DNA of 62,846 bases, counting the filler, from Chrysochromulina tobinii (Eukaryota), in NCBI GenBank assembly GCA_001275005.1. It is 5 parts of 5 records of this genome, joined end to end, with 100 filler letters (N's around TTAATTAATTAA, not from the genome) between each part and the next. Parts side by side here need not be neighbours in the genome. Positions count along the whole stretch, not along the records: positions 1 to 27,261 come from JWZX01001258.1; positions 27,362 to 40,702 come from JWZX01001261.1; 3 more parts are not named here. One strand, written 5' to 3'. The notes under the pieces were generated by a model. That model made no database searches, was not told where the DNA came from, and saw only the letters and a program-made list of their open reading frames with translations. The translations under genes and the position numbers were made by a program. Of the stretch, positions 20,001-27,945 are shown piece by piece (the stretch's first letter is position 1; each line of letters begins with the position of its first letter).

Positions 20001-22547
20001 CGACGGCGGTGGCGGCAGTTCCAACGGCGGCGGCGGCGGCGGCGGTAGTGGCAGCAGCGGCAGCAGCGGCTCATGTTGCGTCTCACCAGCCGGATCGGGC
20101 TCGTTGATCCCCAGCTGCGTCGGCGCCGGCTCATCCTCTTCGTCCACATCCTCGTTTTCGCCGTCCACGCCCATATATGGGATCGTCTCCAATGCCATAT
20201 TTGGGTTCTCGATGGGCACCTCGAAGGCCATCGGCTCAGTGCTCGGGACGGCGCTCGGTTCCGGTGGAGCACTATCGAGCTGAGGCCAGTCTAGCGGAGG
20301 TTGGGCGCCACCCGCCATCGCCGGCGCTGCTGGCGCTGCCACGTCCGCGACGATCCCCGTAACGTCTCCAAGAGGATTTCCGAGAGGCGTTCCCATCGTC
20401 ACACCTGCCACGCTCGCCGCAGCACTCGCCGCAGCACTCGCCGCAGCACTCGCCGCGGCGCCCGCCGCGTCGTCGCCCTCGTCATCTTCCGAGCTCAGCT
20501 CATCCAGGTCCTGGGTGGAGCCCAGGCGCAGCGCCGTCGTGTCGGCAGGGCAGGCGGCCTCGTGCTCGGGACGGCGCTCGCGCTCGGTACGGTGCTCGTC
20601 CTCGTACTCTGTGGCTGAATGCGGCGCCGCGAACCGCGTATACAGATTGACAGGGCGGCCGCCCGAGGCAACGGTGGAGGCAGCACGGACAGTGGCAGAG
20701 GCGGCGGCGGCAGGAACGACGGCAACAGTGCCAGCTACGGGCGCTGCTGCGGCGGCGGCAGCGCCGGGAGCGCCCTTGGCTTCGATGGCGCCCAAGACGG
20801 CGCCTTGGGCTGCCGACGACAATTCGTCAGATTCGTCAGAGCCGCTGGCGGAAGCCGACATGCCGTTCCCACTGCGCGAGCACGGGCCCGGGTGCGATGC
20901 CCTCAATGCGACCGATGAAGGCGAGCCGCATGGGACAGGCGCATGCGCGTGCGCGTCTGCCGATGCGTGCGACGAAACATGCGACGTTGCATGCGACGAT
21001 GCATGCGACGAAACATGCGACGATGCATGCGACGAAACATGCGACGATGCATGCGACGAAACATGCGACGATGTGTGGGCGGACGGCTGCGCAGCGGACT
21101 GTGCGGAGCCGTGCACCGGGGGTCGAGCACAGGAGGGAGGCGCGGAGCCGACGGAGCCTCGGCCTGCGCCTCGGTCCGAGCAGCCCGTCGACACGCGTGG
21201 CGAGGTGGCAAGCAGACTGTCGATCTGGGAGGCAGTGCCGCCGTAGACACGCGGCTCGGAAGCGATGGCATATGGTGAGATGGAGCCCATCGGGGGAGGC
21301 TGCGACGCATCAGCACGCCGACGGTTGTTCGAGGGCGGTGAGGGCATCGCAACGGCAGCGTGTCTCAGTAACTGACTCAACCCTCCACCATCGGAGCCGG
21401 AACCGATCCTGGTACCGGTACCGGTACCCGTACCGGTACCCGTACAACCCGTGCCGGCCGCAGCGGCAGCTGCTGCCGCCGCACCTGCGATTGCCGGCGT
21501 ATGCTCGCTGGCAAATGAAGCGGCTGCGGCCACGTGGGCCGTTACGAGCTCTTGTGCCGCGCACTGCCTCGCCTCAGCCCGGCCCAAAGATTCGTCAGCC
21601 CGGCCCAACGATTCCTCTTCCTCGGTCTCGGCGTCGGCGTCATCGACAGGCGCTGGCGCCGCCGCGGCCGCCGCTCCAGAAGCTCGCACTGCCTCCGACT
21701 CCGGCTCCGACTCCGGCTCTGTCTCCGCCCCCGCCGCCGCTGCGGCCGCCGCCGCCGCCGCCTCAGCCGCCGCCTCGGCCGCCGCCGCCTCGGCCGCCGC
21801 CTCGGCCGCCGCCGCCTCCAGACCGACGTCGACTGCCGTGTAGCCGACGTCGACGACCGAGTGGCTGACGTCGAGCGTCGTGTGGCCCTCGGCTGTGTGG
21901 CCAATTTCCGTGGCTTGTCGGCCGATGTCGATCGCCGTGTGGCCGATGTCCGCTTCAGTGAACCCGAGCTCGACGGCCGTGTGCCCAAAGTCCAAGACCG
22001 TGCGCCCGCCCGCCATGCCGCTCGGGATCGGCTCGGCCTCGGTCTGGCCCACCTCGGGCTGGCTGGCTGAGAGCAGTCTGTCCGAGCGTACCACCGGAGG
22101 AGCGCCCATGCGCTGCGCTGGTGACGCCTCGTCGTCATCCGTGTCCATCCGAAGGACGTTCTCCACCAGGCTGCCGGAGCTGTTGGCGCTCGCCAGTCCG
22201 CCGGTTTCTGTCACAGTCGCATGGGCAGACACGCCACCTCGAGGCGTATCTGCAGCCGGAGCGCTGGCAGTGGCAAGGGGGCGTCCCCAGCAGTCCTGTG
22301 GAGCGAGGCCCATGGCTGAGTCCAAATGTTTGAAGTGAGTTGCATGGCCTGCGCTGCCGTCATCTTCGGGTGGCTCGGGAGTCGGGACATCAGAAGGTGC
22401 TCGTCTGTGTGGCACTGGCGGCGGCTGCTGCAGTGGATTCCGATCCGGGGATTGGGCGCTGCGCTGCTGCTGCTGCTGGTTGTCTTCAGCACGCCTGCGA
22501 CGAATGTCGCGCTCGCGCTGAGCTCGGCGCTGAGCATCACTGAACAT
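14004..22547 (-). CDS. ~2850-aa chromatin/DNA-damage mediator-like protein: disordered acidic N-terminus, chromodomain, three Tudor-knot (chromo-barrel) domains and tandem BRCT
   Basis: Chromo: YLVRWKGYGEADATWEP (~16490-16635). Three copies of GDxLxAxD..WYxxxVV..RGxG..RxxKxHFxGWxxRxDxWI (~15110-16100). Two BRCT-like repeats: FMLTGF..DRAALEATLRVAGG..TEKVLFGLAYG..LRPSWAHAS and LLSGYVI..LLRAAGA..ISQDWAKHCL. A possible small intron lies near 19830-19907. Confidence 0.85.
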   Translation of the reverse strand: MFSDAQRRAQRERDIRRRRAEDNQQQQQRSAQSPDRNPLQQPPPVPHRRAPSDVPTPEPPEDDGSAGHATHFKHLDSAMGLAPQDCWGRPLATASAPAADTPRGGVSAHATVTETGGLASANSSGSLVENVLRMDTDDDEASPAQRMGAPPVVRSDRLLSASQPEVGQTEAEPIPSGMAGGRTVLDFGHTAVELGFTEADIGHTAIDIGRQATEIGHTAEGHTTLDVSHSVVDVGYTAVDVGLEAAAAEAAAEAAAAEAAAEAAAAAAAAAAGAETEPESEPESEAVRASGAAAAAAPAPVDDADAETEEEESLGRADESLGRAEARQCAAQELVTAHVAAAASFASEHTPAIAGAAAAAAAAAGTGCTGTGTGTGTGTRIGSGSDGGGLSQLLRHAAVAMPSPPSNNRRRADASQPPPMGSISPYAIASEPRVYGGTASQIDSLLATSPRVSTGCSDRGAGRGSVGSAPPSCARPPVHGSAQSAAQPSAHTSSHVSSHASSHVSSHASSHVSSHASSHATSHVSSHASADAHAHAPVPCGSPSSVALRASHPGPCSRSGNGMSASASGSDESDELSSAAQGAVLGAIEAKGAPGAAAAAAAPVAGTVAVVPAAAASATVRAASTVASGGRPVNLYTRFAAPHSATEYEDEHRTERERRPEHEAACPADTTALRLGSTQDLDELSSEDDEGDDAAGAAASAAASAAASAAASVAGVTMGTPLGNPLGDVTGIVADVAAPAAPAMAGGAQPPLDWPQLDSAPPEPSAVPSTEPMAFEVPIENPNMALETIPYMGVDGENEDVDEEDEPAPTQLGINEPDPAGETQHEPLLPLLPLPPPPPPPLELPPPPSQLPLLALESFPAAGALEIGAPSEGGAAGPDDVRHEKPRARCMQVLTTAPSSSKPRATQGTPPMPLPPNATGPADGPAPSDATPDERGHQGLSSAIHSNRGSGPADYPAPTDAAPATYEAEPAVEGGPSASGRSSEQSTAAGVGALRRHGTPRHGTSEAAMLLGLGRGSTPDSTLSESVQAQAAPAEPDEADEADEAAPAEPPSTSVEDAAAALMRYQGDAPNACTQPYPPSAPLAGAGAAVMALSEPASQLAAFELAESVAESVALAHGADRAQHEASEASERESEVIAAAREAVAAEAAQLAGLEEGQQGPSLYPSWPPSHRPSQQLKTSQQPPTSEQPGMSPSLSLSHQVASGMGAGMGAIAEDEEAEAEAEAKDVEAEKAVAEEAAEGGAASAQHGVLWVEAQTGCFGGSELSAPYDIAVGCPSPAEATPAAERLAAGRLGAEGDEAVETPAHAPRAEAAAASGIVGGIAGGLPTAVQSSAVVINLDSDEENGGATSTWQRGEAAVAEAVEEAEGAKAPPPLQPISCLVRAEEEEEEEEEEEEAEEGKEEKEERDDDDDEDEEEEEDEEEEEDNDDDGSKMALLPDEDELPWEAPPPKRKRKRVTPKPPEPPPPPRHPQATLKPPEPRQSAMAAAARASPSRSPLEGEGEGLGTGEGQGVGEGVGEGVGEGLTTPASASMNRCDSLHESLMRSGEGQGSSETRQDSSSHRASSRRASSRHEDSSAAGRSQRRASGGQSGLRASARSAASATVACDSPPVAASEMGMDSEPAAAGAMASDESSEDNPLAWLEAPRSRAEAEWAKGAVAAAPPLSGQRSERADGGAKSRAQPLPIVPPMLIASQGSDGAGAFGSQESPSVDLDDVLALAVCASGAANLVRAVRGGSSGGACCGQAASDARAARAKLPPPSRKRPLAPPPPSVSLLSPSAASRAESGSVKKRALPGRSRLSSTCDAPPESSVAAVLGALLANAGATGSAAASSASAAAKAPAPKAPPAVPTTARAAPPPPPPPPPPPPAGSKRRAAEPSAEPTPAEAKPKRACAAKAAQVWAAAAPGARSAAAASPPDRRASRGHLSRAAARRQPPRGVCRVRQRGFVIVSDEEEEDDEEFEAEDEEEAEEAEEEFEAEALLASRLGDDGGLAYLVRWKGYGEADATWEPRANLEGGCDELLREFHAQGALDTAHASAVREEAAEARTLPGHFRGGSEEVMDLDAGAPMEAAEEEAADAAVDEEPIVPTQLEVIVATQSMAVADEEQPAAQDDASEAAADAAPAEDEEAEEVDVEQEQPTQLDASPWARTCVGDRLEARDKRGAWYLARVVALRGLGARRQVKVHFHGWSVRHDEWIALDAGRLREVGAGAAAGAEDEAGGADDEAGGDDDDAHVDAHEALYAEAAPDLAEEPAAPPAAATAPPDTMLRDGLRLGDWLQACDQQGGWYGAKVVDLRGLGVQREAKIHFHGWHKRHDVWIALNAGRLREDRSAEGAVLATALRSPEGMRSRRRSAGGTTASAARAARAARVPEEAEKEAAEAKEAKEAEDAEEEEVVGEDGEEEEGEEEDEPEPPCRVLSTEEVIALRVGTSLQARDSFSEWYDGRVVDARGIGSHREVKVHFLGWNKRFDEWIACSSGRLRQIDDEDEGDEGEEPSRPRSQSRPRSRALAETCDYGATDEAVAESPIPSDGGRSAGGRSARSRASPGGTRIALGSAGASSASGAAATAGAAATAGASSSDAAAAGACSRLFVGAAFMLTGFTDDDRAALEATLRVAGGRIVDVAREQGAGLVIVESDSESLFYDLHRLVANRKLVLLAEACAEDMPIRITEKVLFGLAYGCVPLRPSWAHASLMQNCWQPVPGEYAAKLANTNASAAAGRGGGPRSRSVDASPDRARAQAWTPLLSGYVIVPTGSDDFCAKWTPLLRAAGAEVRTDLPPQHHGARDHVSQRCLVLVEKDADEAAVRTRLERARAREVIAISQDWAKHCLLQQRVLPPTDFIFKPSSKR

Positions 22548-22737
22548 CAGGAAAGGGCGCGGACGAGATTCGCGGACGGCTCGAGGGCGACTCTTCACGA
22601 GCGCTCTACTTGAAGACTGTGAGAACGTGACGGTAGAAAAGCTAGTCTTTTGTCTCACCGGACCGTACCTAACGAGGCGGGCGGCTAGCGAACCTTACGG
22701 TAAACTCCCCCACGCGCGCGTGCACACCGAGACCCCA

Positions 22738-25354
22738 CTAAACAGCGCCTAGCGCCTTCATCGTGGATAGGAAGTCATCAAACGCTGCTGGCAGCGTGGT
22801 CGTCATGATAGGCGGCGGCGGCGGCGCGCACTGCTCGAGCACTCGATAGTAGCCGCGGCCCTCGGGGCCATCGCGGTGCACATAGCCCGGAAGCTTCGTC
22901 ACCTGGTCGGCGCACGCGACGAAGGCTGCCCCCGCGGCGGAGGCGCGCTGGAGGACGAGGCGCGAGTACTCGGCCGCGTCGGGCGGCGGCGCGTCGGGCC
23001 GTCGATAGTAACCGCCGCCGCCTTCGGCGAGCGCACGCGGATGGCCGTCCGACACGTACTCGTATCCCGCATAGGGGCCGACGTAATCTGCACAGCGCAC
23101 AAACTCGGCGGCCTCGGAGGCGGCCTCACGTAGGATGAGGCGAGCTGCCTCGATCGGGTCGGCCGGAGGCGGCGCGTCCAGCCGCCGGTAGAAGCCGCGC
23201 CCCTCGAGCCCGTCGAGGAAGTCATATGCATGCGCGAGGCTCGCGATCTCGTCAAGGTCACGGATGCCCGAGGGGTCCCCACACCCGATGAACGCAGCGC
23301 CAGCCTCGCTCGCGCGCACCAACACGGCGCGCGCCTGCTCGTCGGGTCGGCGCTTGGTCAGCGACGCAACCAGAGGCACTCAGAAGAGGCAATCAAGAGG
23401 CAATTAACGACACTCGCCTGCTCGTATGGGTCGGGCGGTGGCGCGCCCTCGTGCCGATAGTAGCCGGCACCGTGCGCGCCGGCGGCCGCGTACTGGTAGT
23501 GCTCGAGCTCGGCGACAAAGGCCGCGCAGCCGATAAAGGGTGCCCCTTCCGCCGAGGCAAGCCGAAGCACGCGCATCGACTCTTGGTATGCTTGCGCCAT
23601 CTCGCCGAACCCAAAGCGCTGCTGACGGCGCACATCCTCGCCCGCTGGCAACACGCGCGCCGCGCGCCCGTCGTCGAACGCCACGCTGAGCGCGCGCTCG
23701 CAGAAGAAGCGGCCGTCGAGCGCGTCGACGGCGGCGGCGGCGGAGAGCACCGACTGAAAGCGGATCGCTGCACATCCCTCTGCGGAGCTAAGGGCGTCGC
23801 CATCGAGCAGCGGCTCGATCCGCTCGACCTCGCCATATTTACAGGCCTCTTCCCACAGCTCATCGACCATGCGCGCGGCCCACACGCGCCGCGCATCGAC
23901 GGCGCTCGCCGACGGCACCTCCGACGGCAGGAACAACCGTCGTACCACTACGACGCGCAGCATGTCGCCGTCGGTCGGCGCCGTCGTGGGCACATCGCTC
24001 GGGTGGGCGAGGCGGGATGGCGCCGCCGCCACCGCCGCGCTGGAGCTCGAGCCGCCGGTGGCGGCGGCGCTGGCGCCGCTGGCTGCGGCGCTGCGCTTCG
24101 CACCGGCTGCGACCGTCTTGCCTGGCTGCGCTCGTGCACTGAGCATGGCTTGGTATTCGCACAGCCCTGGGATGCGGGTCAGTCCCGGGATGAGGCGAGG
24201 AGGCGCGGCGATGCTGCTCGCGGCTGGGGCGGGCGCGGCTGCAGCGCCTCGGAGGTCGACGAGCGCGGGCGCGGCCACCTCGAGCGGCGCGGCCGCGGAG
24301 GTCGACGACCAAGTCGTGCTGGCTGGGCCAGCCGGTCGGTCGGCGGGCGCGCCGACTGCCCCACCATTCCACACCGGTCGCGAGATGTCCACCGGCCAGC
24401 GCTGGCCAGCGCGCTGTCCCGGGCGCAGCTCGCGCCCGTTGAGCAGCTGGATGGCGCCGAGCACAGCCGCGTCCTTCTGGTACGTGACGAGCGCATCGCC
24501 CTTGGCGTTGCCCTCGGCGTCGCGGTAGAGCTTGACGCGCACGACCGGTCCAACTGCCTCCATGAGCAGCTCCAACTCTTCTGGTTGGGCGTCGTGAGGC
24601 AGACCTGACGAGGGAGGCAGTCAGACGTCATCAGAGGTCATCAGAGGTCATCAGAGGTCATCAGAGGTCATCAGAGGTCATCAGAGGTCATCAGCATCTC
24701 AATCTCTTCCGGCTGGGCGTCGTGAGGCAGACCTGATGAGGGAGGCAATCAGACGTCATCAGACGTCATCAGAGGTCATCAGAGGTCATCAGCATCTCAA
24801 TCTCTTCCGGCTGGGCGTCGTCGTGAGGCAGACCTGCGACGTAGACCGAGCACGCCGCCGCGCCGCCCGCCGCCGAGCGCTGCGTGAGACGCGAACCGTC
24901 ATCGAGCCGCGCGGCCTTGGCCGCCGGCGCGCCGTCGGCGGCTGCAGAGCCACCCTCGGCGTGAGTGGAGGACGAGGCGCTGGCCGTACTCGAAGCGGCT
25001 CTCAGGGCCGTTGTGGCCGCGCACGCGGCCGCCTTGGCTCGCGCCTTGGCTGCCTCGTGCTGCTCGGCTACATAAGCGAGGTTGCGCTTCTCAGCCGCGG
25101 CGATGCGCGCACGTTCGCGCGCGAAGAGCTCGTCGAGCGTCTTCTTGGGCGGAGGAGGCGCCATGCTGGGCGCCATGCTGGCGAGCTGCTGCTGCAACGG
25201 AGCCGCCGCGGCGCTGAAGGCGTCCGCCATCCGCTTGGCTATCTCGAGCGCCAGGCTCTGCGCATCCGCCGCGCTTCCAGGCGTCTGTGGCAGCACGTCG
25301 AAGCCGGTCTGCCGCGGCGGCTGCGGCGGCGGCGGCGGCATCATCATCATCATT

Positions 25355-25385
<31 letters not shown>

Positions 25386-25710
25386 CCATCGATGCGCCCG
25401 AATGGCGCCACTCGTCAAACGATGGTGGCGGCACGGATGGTGGCGGCGGTGGAATCGTCGGAGACCATCCGAGCGAGGCAAAAAAGGCGTTCGCTTGCTC
25501 GGACGGCGGTGGCACAGCGCCAAAGGCAGCAGGCGCAGCTGGCAAGCCTGACAGCATTGGCAGCATGGGACCTGTGGTGGCGCTGAGCATCGGACTCGCA
25601 ACAGCGCCGAGGCCGAGACCACCACCAAGGCTGCTGCCGCCAGCAAGTCGTCGTTCAATGTCCTCGAGCGCTGCACGCGCTCGAGCGACCGACGCTTCTC
25701 GCGCGGACAT
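22738..25710 (-). CDS. HTATSF1/CUS2-like splicing factor (RRM + UHM) with four C-terminal GYY repeats. Introns 24605-24833 and 23335-23417 (GC-AG)
   Basis: The spliced RRM reads SVYVAGLPHDA..EELELLMEAVG..VKLYRDAEGNAKGDALVTY. UHM: VVVVRRLF..EACKYGEVERI..GCAAIRF..LDGRFFCERALSV. Removing the two introns joins three ORF-track fragments in frame. Confidence 0.8.
24624..24692 (-). repeat. Intronic 10-nt microsatellite (TGATGACCTC)n
   Basis: About seven tandem AGAGGTCATC units on the + strand, with further units at 24750-24792. Confidence 0.95.
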
Positions 25711-26576
25711 ATCTGCTCGACTCCACAGAATACTTCGAGAAACTTTCACACGTAAGAGTGTGAAAAGTAGGTGGTTCGTGAGTGGGGGCCTAAACCGCAC
25801 CGTGAAGTACTTCTGTGGAACGATGGAGCTCGAAATAGAAGACGAAGTTTTACAGCTGCTAGCATAAATAAGGAAAAACCATTCGTTGAATTACTTATGA
25901 TACAATTGTAGGCGTTTTCGATTTTTTGAATTACTCTGAGCTGCGCACTTCAGGGTCTCGCACGTCCTTCGTTGGCGCACTGTCAAGCATTTTGCATGCG
26001 CTGCTGCTCCGTCCGCCTGCTCCTCGTCGCGATGTTCGCCACACCCATGACACCGACTTCGAGCGGGACTTCGAGTCGTTTACGAATGCGCTCGGTGCCC
26101 TTCCGAATCAGCCGCCCGTACCGATGGCGTGCGAGCCGTCGCCGAGTCCCATCGATGTGGACACCAAAGCCATCGTGCAGCAAGTGGTCAATGTGCTGGT
26201 GCTCCTTGCTGGTGCTCAAGCACACAGCCCTTCGCCCGCGGTGCATCTCGAGGTGCTCGGCCGCCGATGGCTTGCGCTCGCTCGCAACGAATCCGTGTCC
26301 AACCTCACGTATCCGCCGCCGCGTTCAGTAAGTGGGGGTCCGGCGGGCTTTTTGAGTATTCCGAAAAGAATACGTATCCGTCGCGCCCCCGTTCACTAAT
26401 TGGGGGTCCGGGGGCGGGCCCCAAGCTTTTCTGAGTACCAAGTTCCTTTTCTCTAGCCTATCTTCCGGTCACGCTATGTTTCGGGGGAATTTGCATGCCT
26501 TATCAAATGAAACTCCTTTTCTGTTTTTTTCCCCCAGGGGGAGCCGCACGGCTCGCAACGAGAGGACGACGCGAGC

Positions 26577-27261
26577 ATGAATTTCTCTAAGAGAGATGTG
26601 CGTTCACCCCCACTCTCAGAGTCGCCGTCAAATCGTAGCGTTTCGAACTGGTACAAGCGGAACTGGAACTCCCATGCATGTGCATCTAGCATAGCCGGTC
26701 GTACATATGCTCTGGTCATCCGCGGCGAGGCGTATCGCTATGGCTGCCATGAGCATGGCGTTATGCTGCAAGATGCAATCATGGAGTCGCAGCGTGACAT
26801 GATCACAGAATCACTGCGCTCTTGCGGCGCAAAAGTTCGGTGTCTTCTTGCCCATCGACCCACGGGGCTGTGCAAATATTACGCTGCTACAACGATTGGC
26901 TTCGTGGTACGGAAAGCACGTTCATAGCTCTGCCACTGTTATTGCACGGACTCAAGGGCAAAATGTGCGCGGCGCACTGCAATTGTTTAGTTCGTGGGCA
27001 GCAGATTTCGACATGATGATCTTATCGCGTTACGATCTTAGGATCCTCCAGCCCTTTAGCACATGGCATGGTTGCCAGGACTCGAGCACAATCGGGATTG
27101 CTAGCCGGTGCGAGATGCAACAGTGGCAGAATTGGAATTGCTCAAGCGATATTCTCTTTGTCGTTCCGAGAGCTCTCCTGTGGGCATTCAATGCCTCGGT
27201 GGGAGCTTCACTCTACGCCCACGACTCAAGATACTTTAACGCCCCTCGAGGTAAGGCCAAA
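26577..27261 (+). CDS. Hypothetical protein, possibly glycosyltransferase-like; apparent frameshift near 26850 and truncated by the contig end
   Basis: Two overlapping ORFs read as one protein (YALVIRGEAYR... / ...FDMMILSRYDLRIL, an RxD-type motif). GC is visibly lower than in neighbouring genes. Confidence 0.4.
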
Positions 27262-27361
27262 NNNNNNNNNNNNNNNNNNNNNNNNNNNNNNNNNNNNNNN
27301 NNNNNTTAATTAATTAANNNNNNNNNNNNNNNNNNNNNNNNNNNNNNNNNNNNNNNNNNNN
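27262..27361. other. Artificial contig linker (N44-TTAATTAATTAA-N44)
   Basis: The identical 100-nt spacer, with stops in all six frames, occurs four times. Confidence 0.99.
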
Positions 27362-27945
27362 GGGGCGCCGCGGCGGGGCTGGGAGGCGGGGGGCGGCGCG
27401 CGACCCGACACGCGACAGTAACCGGCATCGCATACATTGCGATGATAGCGTAGGAGCATCAATGCCGTAGTGCGTAGAGATAAGATGAGTCCCCGACCAC
27501 ATCAAGGATAAGATGAGTCCCCCGACCACATTAAGGATCAAGAGATACAGATCTTTCGACCCAAAGGGGTACCCGGTGCGAGGGCTACTACACATGCAGT
27601 CAGCATGTCTTACAAGTTACGCGTAATTTGTCATTCTTACAGGTCAACACCCCTCGATATTAATGTAAGGGCGGGAGTAAGTGCGTGCACTCTGCACATC
27701 ACCAGGTTCACGTTGGTTCACGTCACCAGTACGCCAGCAAGCTGCAAGGGATTGTGTCGCGACTCGCGTGCGCCGCGCGCGTGTGTTCTGGTGTGCATTT
27801 GTGTCGTATAAACAGTGTGCATTTGTGTCGTAATCAGTCCCATGTATTACATACGATGAGGAACGAGTACCACACAGCATAATCCATAATGATCCTATTT
27901 CCAGCCCCGTTCGAGGGCCACATTGCAGTCAGCATGTCTTACAGA

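Noticed and set aside
25926..26399. 157-aa ORF upstream of the HTATSF1-like gene
   Set aside because: It has no ATG at its start and no recognisable motif. It may be real but cannot be supported from sequence alone.
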